Under the pieces are notes generated by a model. It did no database searches and was not told the origin of the DNA. It saw only the letters and a program-made list of their open reading frames with translations. The position numbers and the translations under genes were made by a program. Below are positions 26,850 through 38,890 of a stretch of 64,000 nt of DNA, in pieces. The DNA is taken from assembly GCF_006345805.1 (NCBI RefSeq), contig NC_043006.1, positions 92,256,001 to 92,320,000 of the forward strand, read 5' to 3'. The DNA comes from Octopus sinensis (taxonomy: Eukaryota). The first letter of the stretch is position 1. The number at the start of each line of letters is the position of its first letter.

Positions 26850-27055
26850 ACGCTATCCTGCTGGCAGGGAGACCAGGCCAATATTCTAGGGGGAAGGCTA
26901 TTCTACTATGGGTCACCTATTTACATGTGAGAAGACTGGGTCCACGCGGAATGAAGTGCTTGGCTCAAGAACACAACATACAGCCCGGTCCTGGAATCAA
27001 AACTATCATATAGGGATCATGAGTACAATAACCTAACTACTAGGCATCGCAACTT
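26850..27055 (-). mobile_element. tRNA-derived SINE, diverged
   Basis: Minus-strand head with GCCTAGTAGTTAGG, then a TGTGTTCTTGAGCCAAGCACTT core. Confidence 0.55.
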
Positions 27056-27074
27056 CCTGGTAATGTGTGCATAC

Positions 27075-27117
<43 letters not shown>

Positions 27118-27119
<2 letters not shown>

Positions 27120-27402
27120 TTCAGCAAAATTTAGATTCAAATTAATATGGTACTTAAGTTAGTTGCACCAGAATTTCTACGGTGTTATCCATATAAATCC
27201 ATGGGGTGATTATAATCAAAGTAAGCAACAAGAATATCTTCGGTAATTTGGTACGATCGTTTCACGCTACATCATTTTATTAAACATTGTAAGTATTACA
27301 TCAGTTTTAAAATGTTGAGCAATGTTTGATAAAATGTTTAATAAAATGTTGTAGCGTGAAACGATCGTACCAAATTACCGAAGATATTCTTGTTGCTCAC
27401 TT

Positions 27403-27410
<8 letters not shown>
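27118..27410. mobile_element. Short fold-back derivative of the 3636-4870 family
   Basis: Near-perfect inverted repeat of about 70 bp (27218-27288 / 27333-27403). The AATATGGTACTTAAGTT start is shared with about 3644. Confidence 0.8.
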
Positions 27411-27446
<36 letters not shown>

Positions 27447-27448
27447 TA

Positions 27449-30400
27449 TCATCTTGATCACCTTGACCGACCAGTCCGTCAGGCGTCCATTTGACACCGC
27501 TGGTCACAGCACGCTGTCCACTCCTCTCTGGATCGCGCCTTTCTCATCCACGTGATCCGAATCGTCCTCCTGAAATCGTAACCACCGTCGTGGAGGTCTT
27601 CCGGGTGGTCTTTCCCGCTCGCGCGGGTACCACTCGACAACTGCGTGCGTCCACTGATTATCGGTGAGCCGGGCGACGTGTCCCGCACATCTATACTTGC
27701 TGCGTGTATACTCTGCGATGACATCTCTCACGCTGGGCTTCTTTCTGATGATCTCGCTACTTATGTGCTCTCTCAACGAGATACCAAGCATTGACCTTTC
27801 CATGGCTCTTTGAGCCGTTACCAGTCTTTGCTCTTCTCTCTTTGTGGTAGCCCATGTTTCACTACCATATAACATTGCAAGCAGAACTGCGCTGTTAATG
27901 CGGTTGGCGCGGGTGGTCCTGTCCAACCTTCCCTTGAGCACATCCCTTATGCCATTAAACGCCTTCCACCCGGCCCTTACTCTCCGTGAGATCTCCTTCT
28001 CGATATCTCGGTACATATTCACTTCCTGTCCCAGGTAGACATATTCCCTTACCTCCTCTATTTCATCACTGCCGATCACCATTCAACCTGTTAGTACGTT
28101 GTCTGACCGCATGAACTTTGTTTTCATGCGGTTCATCTTGAGACCTACTGCAGAGCTTTTGATGTCGAGCTCCGTCAGCATGGTCTGAAGCTGATCCGTG
28201 TTTTCAGCGATGAATACGATGTCGTCAGCGAAACGGAGGTGGGTGAGGAGCTCGCCATTGATGTTGACACCACCTTGCCAGTCGATGCATCTGATGATCT
28301 GTTCGAGACATGCAGTGAAAAGTTTTGGGGAGATTGTATCTACTTGCTTCACTCCCTTCTCGACCGGCACTCGTATGGGTGATGACAGTAGAGCTATGTC
28401 GGTGGTGCATCCGGAATTTGCTCCTCTGAGCAGCTGCACATATTGCGCTTCGACTCCTTGCCTCTGCAGCAAGTTCAGCACTGCGTTGGTTTCGACGCTA
28501 TCAAAGACCTTCTCATAATTTATAAACGCAACGCAAATAGGCAGCTTGTACTCATTTGCTCGCTCAAGCAGTTGCGTTAGAGTAAATATATGGTCCGTCG
28601 TGCTGTAGTTCTTCCGGAAGGCTGCTTGTTCCTTCAGTTGTTGTTCGTCGAGACGACGTGATAACCTGTTCAGAATTATCTTCGTGAGACACGTGAGACA
28701 GCAGGCATATGGGTCGGTAGTTCTATAGATCTTCTCTGTCGCCCTTCTTATACAGCGGGATGGTATTTGACTTTTCCACTACGAGGGAATCCTTCCCTCG
28801 TCTAGGTAGTGCGTAAATCGCTCAGCGAGGATTTTCCAGAGCTGCTCTCTGCCTGACTTTTGCACATCCGATGTTATACCGTCTATCCCTGGAGCCTTTC
28901 CGTTTTTCATCGAGCCGATGGCTCTTTCAACATCACTGACAAGGATAGGTGGCACGTTTTCTTCCTGTAACGGCTGGACATTTCTGGTAGACTTAAAGAG
29001 CTTGGTGTAGAAGTCTTCGCAAACTTTTTTCATCTCGCTCTTCACGTTGACCAGTATTCCATCTGTATTTTTCAGGGCCGTCACTTCCGATCTATATAGT
29101 ACCCTGTCCCTCTTGCATTTCTTGAGGGTCTTCTTTTCCTCTGCGGCCTTCAAGAGCTTCTCCATCCGGTATGCCTCAAAGTCTTTCTGTAGTTGCTGAC
29201 GAATCACTCTGCTGAGAATGGAATATTCAAGGTGATGATCAATAGTCCTCTTCATATTTTTCCTCTCCTCGAGTAACTTCGTAGTTTCTTTCGAGATTCT
29301 TCCCTTCTTTTCTCTTGGGCATACTCCCTTAACCTTCTTTAAACTCGCCTTCAGTTTTCCTATCAGTGAGTTGTAGTCATCGTCTATGTCATCTCCTTGG
29401 TACCAGTCTGCATGATGGCTTCCTGCAGCTTTGCCTCGTTGTAGACTCGGACACGTTTTCCCTTCGACGCAAAATACAGCGCCATCTTCTCCCTCTTCCC
29501 GTCGATGACGACCCTCGCCCTCACCAGACGATGATCGCTGCCGGTGTTGAATGGCATCACGACGGAGACGTCATGTAATATGCGTCGCTTATCAACCAGG
29601 ATGTAGTCGATCTCGCTTCAGTGCTTAGAGTTCGGCGATATCCAGGTCCATCTCTTCCTCTCCTTCTTCCTGAATAGGCCTCTGCCATGGTAGCCAAACG
29701 TTCTCCTCTCTCTTTTCTCTCTCCCATGCCGAATCTCCCGACGTACTCCTTTCCTTGTCGTCCATGTCCAACCTTTGCCTTGAAGTCTCCCATCACGACA
29801 GTGTAAGTGGACTTCATAGCCAGCCCTTTGTCTAGCTGTCGATAGAATTCTTCCACCTCGTCGTCGTCGCTGGCTCTTGTGGGAGCATAGGTCTGGACAA
29901 TCTTGAGGGTGGCCTTCCCTGAGAGGTTCACATTTAGTACACCAATCCGTGATGATATGAACTGGCAAGAATCGACCCTCGAAGCCCATTCCTTACTTAC
30001 GATGAATCCGATACCTCCGACCGATCTAGCACCTTCTGCTCTCCCTAATCTCACAGTGCATCCATCTTGCCATCGTATACTCGGTTTCTTCTTCCAGCAT
30101 GTCTCGCACAGCCCTAACACGTCGCACTTGATCTTCTTCCTCTCCTCCATTAGGTGGTTCAGTTCTTGCCACCCTGCCAAGGACCTGCAGTTGTAGGTGC
30201 ATATGGCAAGTTTAGTCCCGTTCCATGACGGCCCTCGGGAACCTGTGATTCTTAGCAGCCTCTCGTCGCTCGAGTTGCACTCCGCCGTCATCGAGTGGCC
30301 CGATTGACGTTCTTTTCTCTTCGTTTTTCGTGCTGTTTTAGCCATAAGATGACGCCATCCCACTGGCTGGGCGGGCAGGCCGGTATTTTGTTGGATGGCC

Positions 30401-30483
30401 GTTGACTATTCAGGAGTTCATCCGCCTTTTATTGGGTCTTATTTTTCCATCCCACAGGGAGTCCAACAACACCCTGCTCACAT
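27449..30483 (-). mobile_element. RTE-clade LINE, near full length, frameshifted (APE endonuclease and RT)
   Basis: TYNCRSL, LGLCET, YAPT, MGDF, KAPGIDG, GVKQ.D.ISPKLF, LRFADD, YVYLG, LYGSETW and RPPGRP motifs. Inserted in (TA)n. Confidence 0.92.
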
Positions 30484-30929
30484 CTATATATGCATATATA
30501 TATACACATATTAATACACACATTTATGTACGCGTATATTTATATATATATACGCATACTGATGCAAGCACAACACATACGCACTCACACAAACACATAC
30601 AAATGTATGTATATGTATTTACCATGCAGTGTTCTAGCATGGTAGCAGTGCAAGAAAAAGACATTTAATTTTATAATTGTTGGAAAAGATAACAGTTCAT
30701 AAAACATAGTAAAAAAAGTTTCGTTTCTGAGATCCCCATCCATACAATCGATATACACCGTGCCTCCCCATAAGGATAATCTTTGACATTCCAGTTTCTA
30801 CCGAGGCATTATCAGTGCCACAGGTTTTAGTGTAAAATTGTGCAAAATTCATTGTTATTGAGGCAATCGAGGATCTTTAATTGTTAGAGTCTTCCTCTGT
30901 GCACTTTGCCATATTTTCAGTAAAAAACA

Positions 30930-31690
30930 TGCTTGGCTGTATGGAGAGAAGCTTGCTCCCCAACCATATACGATGCAGGGTTCAGCTCCCATGTGTCGCA
31001 ACTTGGGCAAATGTCTTCTGCAATCCCCCCGGGCGACCAAAGATTTGTGAGTTTATTTGGTAGACGGAAATTAAAATGAAAGCCCGTTGGTATATATATA
31101 TATATATATGTATGTATGTGTGTGTGTGTGTGTGTGCGGTGTGTGTGTTTCTGTGTGTGTATATATGTGTGTCTATGTTTGTGTGTCCACCACCGCTACT
31201 TGACAACTGATCTTGATGTATTTACACCCTCATGACATAACAGTTCGGCACAAGAGTGCAACAGAATAAGCATCAGGCATAAAGAAAGGGAGGCACATGG
31301 CCTAGTGGTTAGAGCAGCGGACTCACTGTCGTGGGATTGCGGGTTCGAATCTCAGACCGTGCGATGTGTGTGTTTATGAGCGGAACACCTAAGCTCCATG
31401 CGGCTCCGGCAGAAGGTAATGGCGAACTTCTGCTGACTCTTTCGCCTCAACTTTCACTCACTCTTTCCACTTGCATCTTGCAGCACACCTGTGATGGACC
31501 GGTGTCCCGTCCAGTTGGGGAACCTATACGTCAAGGAAACAGGGAAACCGACCCTTATGAGCCAGGCATGGCTTGAGAAGGAGCAAACAAATAAAGAAAG
31601 GGACTGGGGTCGATTCATTTGACTAAAACGTCTTCAAGGCGGGGCTCCAGTATGGCCGCAGTCTAATCACTGAAACAAGTAGAAGAAAAG
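30930..31690 (+). mobile_element. SINE family B copy containing a nested SINE
   Basis: Collinear with 38891-39368 and interrupted at 31291. Confidence 0.75.
31292..31590 (+). mobile_element. tRNA-derived SINE with 13-bp target-site duplication
   Basis: Box A TGGCCTAGTGG and box B GGTTCGAATC. TSD ATAAAGAAAGGGA at 31279-31291 and 31591-31603. Confidence 0.85.
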
Positions 31691-32335
31691 ACGTCTATGT
31701 CGGTCTGGAAAATATCGAGTCAAATACAGGTTTCGAAGTTACGGCAACGCATGAATACGTTAGATAATACTTTAATCAACCAGCCATCCAAGGTCTTGAT
31801 GTTTTTTCATGCAGATTTTTGAAAGCATAAACTCAGATTCCTGCTCAGGGAATTTAGTTTCAATGTTGATCAACGGTCAGCTTTGTTTTCTGACATGTTA
31901 GGTGGGAACTTATATTAAATCGAGGAATGATGGCAGCCAGCTCCGCTACTATTCTGCTGTACTTACATTTAATTCGTGCTGTACTTGCAGCACCTGAAAA
32001 TAAATAAACTAAGCATGAGTTCGTCTAAATCAAACTGCTCCCAGTTCGAAATGTATGTTGTTTACTCCAAGCTTCCTTTTAGAATAAATGGTTAACATCT
32101 ATCAATATGAAATGGTTTATTCAACGTAATATTGTTTTACTATCTTACAAGGTGTATTGTTTTTTTCCTGTAGAGTAAAAAAATGATAATTCTTTATATT
32201 TAAATAACTTTCTACAGTAAAATTCTTCAATGGGTAGGAGAACAGAGCGCATCTATTTCTAACTGTAGATTACTGATTGCGATATAGACATACACAAATC
32301 TATCGATCTATCTATATTATCTATCTATCTATCTA

Positions 32336-32404
<69 letters not shown>

Positions 32405-32441
32405 ACATACTATCTATTACTATATATATATATATATTATA

Positions 32442-32473
<32 letters not shown>

Positions 32474-33318
32474 CTAGCAGAATTGCCCGGCGTTGCTCGG
32501 GGCTGAATTGCTTGAAAGTACTGTTAATGATTGCACTGAATTATGATGATTATTCAGGCAAATACTGATATAAGTTTACGGTGGGAGATAAGGACTTAAC
32601 GATCAAACGTGTGCCATTGCATGGTTTTGGGGGAACCAAATTTCTGATGAGCATTATAGGGGCATCAACTCTAAGTTTGAGAAAGTGTGGTGGTAGTCCG
32701 GGGTGCTCAAAGGAATTGAGTACCTCTATTGGATAGTTGATGACGTCCTCTGGGTCAGGAGTTGTATCGATAGACTGATATACATAGACTTCCCCAGGAA
32801 TGAGTTTTAGCATTTCATCATTAATATGGTGAACAGTTTTATTCCTCGGGGCCAGTATAGCCTTTTTGCCAATCCAATCCATATTCTGATAATTAGCTTG
32901 TAGATCTGGGAACACTGCATCTCTGAGATCAGAAGAGGCGTCTAACAATGGTACAAATGGAATCGATGGCAATATTACCATTTTCATCCCCTGGTATTTT
33001 GCCTTCGCCAAGTGCAAGGAGGGTGTGAGGAAATGCTGCTGATGTGATATTACGTCGCATATGAGCACGCATATTGGTGTGAAGTTTGAGAGTTACTTCC
33101 CTTTATTTAAAAAATATGCATTAAAATGGAAAAAAATGATGGTAAATTATTTGTAAAATCATAGACTCATTGTACGCGCGCTAATACCCAGAAGGGCTCG
33201 ATATGAATGACGACTATAAGATACCCGGTTTTAGTTAAACTGCATCGCAAAATGTGGGAGTAGTTAGGAATCTAAATCGGAGTAGACACAGACACACAAC
33301 CTTTCTTTTATATATAAA
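32474..33318 (-). mobile_element. Helitron deletion derivative with a PIF1-like helicase fragment
   Basis: AILAPRN, YP.E.LNS....GLPPH.L.L....PIML.RNL and CNGTRL motifs. 3' hairpin plus CTAG at 32474-32502. Confidence 0.88.
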
Positions 33319-33320
33319 TA

Positions 33321-33990
33321 TTTTCGTTCTAAAAACTTTGTATGGATTGAATGGTACCTCTATGGAAATATATACATGCACATTATACATACATGTGTGT
33401 ATAGATGAATATATAAATACATTTAAATATCTATATACACTTTTGGGCGATCTTTCTGTTTCTTAGAGATAAGTTTAGATCTTATTTTCGTCCTAAAAAA
33501 ACTTGTATGGAGTGAATGGTTACCTCTATGGAAATATACACACACACGTTATACATACATGTGCATAGATGAATATATAAATACATTTATATATCTATAT
33601 ACACTTTTGGGCGATCTTTGTGCTACTTAGAGATAACTTTAGATCTTATTTTCGTCCTAAAAACTTTGTGCGGAGTGAATGGTTACGTCTATAGAAATAT
33701 ATACACACACGTTATAACATACATCTGTGTATAGATGAATATATAATACATTTAAATATCTATACACTTTTGGGCGATCTTTCTGCTACTTGTATACTTT
33801 AGATGTTATATTCGTCCTAAAAAAACTTTGTATGGAGTGAAAGGTTACCTCTATGGAAATATATACACACACATTATACATACATCTGTGGATAGATGAA
33901 TATATAAATACATTTAAATATCTATATACACTTTTTGGCGATCTTTCTGCTACTTGGATATAGGTCTTATATTCGTCCTAAAAAACTTTC
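33321..33990. repeat. Tandem repeat, about 4 copies of 160-164 bp
   Basis: TTCGT(C/T)CTAAAA recurs at 33323, 33487, 33651, 33811 and 33972. Confidence 0.92.
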
Positions 33991-34453
33991 CTGTCACACA
34001 CTCACGCACACGCACACACACACACACGCACCCTCACACACACACACACGCACACACGCACACACACACACACACACACACACGCACGTTAGCTTACAAT
34101 TTTATTTATATATTTGCGTGTCTATGTGTGTAAATAGGAAGTGGGAGGCAGAGTGAAAGAGTCACTCACTACAGAAAGTGAATTACTTTCGCTTTATTCG
34201 TTGCACACTGTGTGTGTGCGTTTGCGTGTGCTGTATCCCACACTAAGAGAAGCATTTGACTCATACACCACAATGTGAGTTTTCTCTAAATTTTGCTTAA
34301 TTGGGGTTGAAATTTTAAAAAGTGGACCTGGCACGACCCGATGCATTCTACTCTTAAAAATGCTAGGTAAATTGTAATTGAAGAAATCCTATATTGTAGA
34401 TTTCTATAACTGACAAAGGGAGGCAGATAAAATCTGCCTTTTATAATAAGAGA
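33990..34453 (-). mobile_element. Probable Helitron 5' segment
   Basis: Minus strand starts TCTCTTATTATAAAAG next to (TA)n, with a subterminal palindrome AGGCAGAT-aaa-ATCTGCCT. Confidence 0.5.
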
Positions 34454-34531
34454 TATATATATATATAAACATGTATGTGTGTCTACATGGGTACGTATAC
34501 GTGAGTGTATCTATCTAGTCATCTCTCTTCT

Positions 34532-34569
<38 letters not shown>

Positions 34570-36751
34570 AATATATCTGTTGTGCAAGATTTTGTGGCAA
34601 GTAGTCTTCTTTTACTTTTCCATAAACCAGGATGTGTGTATATATATATATATATGTGGGTGTGTGTGTGTGTGTGTGTGTGTGTAAATAGATTTTTATA
34701 TATCTCTTTTGATAAAAAAATGTAATATATACAATATGTATATATATATATATTTATAGCCTACTGGCAAATACATGAAGCACATACATTAAGTATACGT
34801 GGTTCATTACACACACACACATATTTATATATATATAAGTGTATGTGTTTGTATTGATAAATGAGAGTAGATTAGATGAATATATATATTTACAATACAT
34901 ATATATCTATAGATATGATAGTCACACATTCTGTTATATTTCTGCATATGAATTTAGGATAATACATGCTATCTTGGTCAACCATGTAGTTGTCCTGGAC
35001 TGAGTTTGTATCCAATTCTAATAAATGTATTTTATTGCTATTTTTGGAGGAAAGTCTTATTTTACATACACACATATACATATTAGCACATTTTCTAATA
35101 GGCATTAATACAAAATGGCTGATGGTTAGTAAGGAGAGACACAAATAAGAAAGAAGAAAGCAAAGGACCACTGATGTGGTCACAGGAGTGTGACGAAAGA
35201 ACTCTGGCCGAAATAAGATTAAGTTTAATGTAAAAAATAAATAACACTGAAGCAAAGTAAGACCAAATATATAGTGCGTGTGTTTTTATTGACTAAACTG
35301 GCAAAATGACCATTCCGAAATATAACAATATATATAAATAGGTTTTTGTATATATATATATACATATATATATATACATATATGTATGTATGTATGTATG
35401 TATGCGTGCAGTGTGTACGTATCTATGTAGCAATCTCTTTATGTCTATACGTAGACACACATAAGACAGTCATGTACACGAACCCACATACAGATATGTA
35501 TACATATATATATATATATATGAGTGGATGTGCGGGTGTGTGTGCATGCAGAAAAACATAAAGTGCATTGACGATACGTTAGTTCCACCAAAATCCATAT
35601 CTTAATTAGAGGTTAATTAAGCATTTGTTAGAATTCAATGTGATTAGAGTATGTGATTTTTCTGTCTAACCACAGTATTAAGTTTCTTCTCTTCATTGTC
35701 CAGCGTGAGATTTCCAGCGATGTATAAAAATTCACAAATTTTCTATTTTAAAGAAAGCATTATGCGTTATTAACACTTTAGAATCTCGTTAATATTTGAA
35801 TAACTAGAAATCTTAATTTTGCATTTTTTAAATATCTTTTATTGGTAAGCTTCTACAAAATTGATTAAGCATATTAGTTCTGCCCTAAATATATTTTTAC
35901 TTTATCAATATTAGCACCATATAATAATTAAGTCTTCTCAATGTGTGTGCTGAAAGACCAATCTAGCTAATATTGAATGTAGTCAAATTAACGTGTGCGC
36001 AGAACTTTCTTGCTCTTCATCTTCCTTTACACACTCTCTTTCTCTCTCTCACACACACGCACCAAATTACTGAAGATATTCTTGTTGCTTATTTTGATTA
36101 TATATATATATACATACATACATAAATACACATAGGTATATGATTATGCTTATATACACATATATAAACCTATATATATATATATACTGTATATATCCTC
36201 TGTATTGTCCAGCGTTGCCAGGTATATAATTACTGAAATATGTATATAACCACATAAATTTACTGCATTTTGGATGAGACTTTAAAAAAAAATTGGCGAT
36301 AATTTACATCCTGCTTACGTCGATTCCTCAGAAATGGTTGACTGAAACAACGAAGAATGAGGAATAATTTGAAAATTTGAAAATTATAAGGTAATTTCTG
36401 AATTTTAAACCAAATTGTATTCATAAATATATTAATAGTAAATTCAAGGAATAATCGACCAAAGATTTCTATACTAATTTGTGTTGCAACTGGAAATAAT
36501 TTTTGTCATCAGTAGCCAATATAATACACATCTTGAAGGTAATGACCGTCGGATAGAACCATTTGCTTTAAACTCGATTCCAATAAATAGGATTTGTGTG
36601 TCTGCCTCGTTGATGCTTACTGTATATGAAGGCTGACTGAGAACTGAAGCCGTATAAATTCAAAGGACACGTCTGTAGGAAGAAAAGTCTTCTAGCCAGA
36701 AAAAAACATCTTTCATTTCCATTATTTCCATTATTTCCATTAATTCCATTT

Positions 36752-36972
36752 TTGACGGATTTTGTCCTCATCTTGTTTGTTGTTAACACAATGTTGCGGT
36801 TGATACACCCCCCAACCTTCATCGGGTTTCTTGCGGAAGCTTCGAACCTAGGTTCTTATTCCTAAGGTATTTTTCGATGTTGTTATTAGTTCGAAACTTG
36901 CCCAAGACACCTGAAGAAGGCTGGAGGGTATATCAGCCGAAACGTTGTGTTAACAACAAACAAAATCCGTCA
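36752..36972. mobile_element. Small fold-back element with one intact and one decayed HHR
   Basis: 36752-36847 is approximately the reverse complement of 36889-36972. Confidence 0.75.
36906..36951 (+). ncRNA. Minimal type I hammerhead ribozyme, canonical core
   Basis: GACAC-CTGAAGA-A-GGCTG-gagggtatat-CAGCC-GAAAC-GTT-GTGTT. Confidence 0.88.
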
Positions 36973-37511
36973 TATTAGCTGTGGTAGTGGAGATGGTATT
37001 AGTGATATTATTATTGCAACTATTAGTAGTAGCGTTTGTGGTAGGAGCGTTAGTAGTAGTACTATTTTCAGTAATGGTAATATTGCCATTTGTGCTAGTA
37101 TTAATATTATTGCTAGTCCTATTAGTAGTTGAAGTATAGGTATTATTAGTTGTAGCTAGTGTTGTTAGTATCAGTGTGCCTATTAGTGTTTGTATTTTGT
37201 ATGTAACAGATGTCTGCCAGAGCGCTCATTAAAAGCTCTGTGCTATTTGTTGCAGGTTATCCTACTTTATTCCCATCATGCTGCGTTAACTGTATGGGAT
37301 TGTTATTTGGGCATTAGTCCGTGTGGCGCAGGATAAATAAATAAATATTTATATATATATATATAGCGTGAAGAAATACACATGACACGGTCTCGTAAAA
37401 ATACGTGTCATGCCGAAACATATATTGCAATGCATTAATAAAATATAGAATCTCCATCCGTGAAATATTTCTGTTTATTAATATATATACATGCACACAT
37501 ACATACATATT

Positions 37512-37556
<45 letters not shown>

Positions 37557-37583
37557 ATATATATATGTATGTATATATATATA

Positions 37584-37628
<45 letters not shown>

Positions 37629-37988
37629 GTATTTTTTCAATGTTTACAAATACCACGTAAAAACTAAATAAATAGTTACTTGGGTTGCAAAAATTCACAC
37701 AAGTACCAAGGATGTAACAACCTACTTATAAAAGTAGAGATTGCATGTTTTGGTGAAATGATTTTGTATTACTCTTGTGTGGACGGCCCCAGACGATAAA
37801 GTAGGCTAGCCCAATACGTAGATATAGAGGGAGAAGCATGGACGTCAAGAGCATAGACAAGAGCACAGCTGTGAAGAGTTGAGTAGAAATAGAACGCGTG
37901 CGTGTTTAAAATTGGCGCAGAATTCTTCACGAGATACAACAAAATCTCTTGCAACACGCATGAATCGTGCAATCCCAATTCTAAAACA

Positions 37989-38019
<31 letters not shown>

Positions 38020-38100
38020 TATAGATCGCCATGTTGATTCGTTAGTTACTGCACGCATTTTTTTCTCTCCTTCTTTCTGTGTTTTTTTTCTCTCTGTGTA

Positions 38101-38138
38101 TCTTTCTGTTGAAGAGCGTAGGCTCGAAACGTTAAAGA
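38101..38138 (+). ncRNA. Minimal hammerhead-like motif (CUGUUGA core) in a solo PLE tail, about 38025-38240
   Basis: TCTTT-CTGTTGA-A-GAGC-gtag-GCTC-GAAAC-GTT-AAAGA. Confidence 0.7.
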
Positions 38139-38890
38139 CTTGTTTTATTTATATTTCCTGAGCGCCATACTAATACAATTGTTTGTTTGTTTTCCACCTG
38201 CCTTCGTCTTTTGTCTATTTTCATAAAGCTTCCCGTTACATATATATATATATATATGCTATTCACTATACGCTACTTATCTCGTTTCATGTTTTTATTT
38301 GTTGTTAATTAGAGATATATTTGAGTAAAATTGTTTACACAAAATACGTTGAGTAATGTTTCTTTCTTCAGTGTCCAGTGACGGATTTCATAATGCGCAG
38401 AAACATTATTAAAAGTCAGTATATTATAATTGTAAGGTATCATTTATAGTTTCACACTCGTAATAAGCGGACTAGTATTCGCTATACTCTGCTTTTTTCT
38501 ATATTCTTGATTGTTGTAGTGACTGTACACAGTATAATTTACATATTAATACCACATGAATAATACTGGTATAGTTACTAATGTTTTAGCATTTATAAAT
38601 AACCTTTACAAAGATCGACGAACTTAATGAATATATACAATTAACCAGTAATTATGACACGAGACTTAAAAGAAATAATAGATAGATAAACAAATAAAAA
38701 TAGTTATCTCGTTAAAAGTTCCCTTTGTACAAAATGGTTTTAGTTCGAGTCTAAGCTCTGGAGTGACACAATCTAGGGACTGTATTTGGTGGCGTAGAAT
38801 AAATTTATATATGTATGTGTATCTGTGCCGTTTCTGTGTCTACACACACACATACACACGCACACACGCACACACACACACAAATATATA

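Noticed and set aside
31292-31365. tRNA gene
   Set aside because: Boxes A and B are present, but the sequence continues into a SINE body with a TSD, so it is a SINE head.
33321-33990. Regular repeats as a CRISPR array
   Set aside because: The whole 160-164 bp unit repeats, with no unique spacers and no cas genes, in a eukaryotic context.
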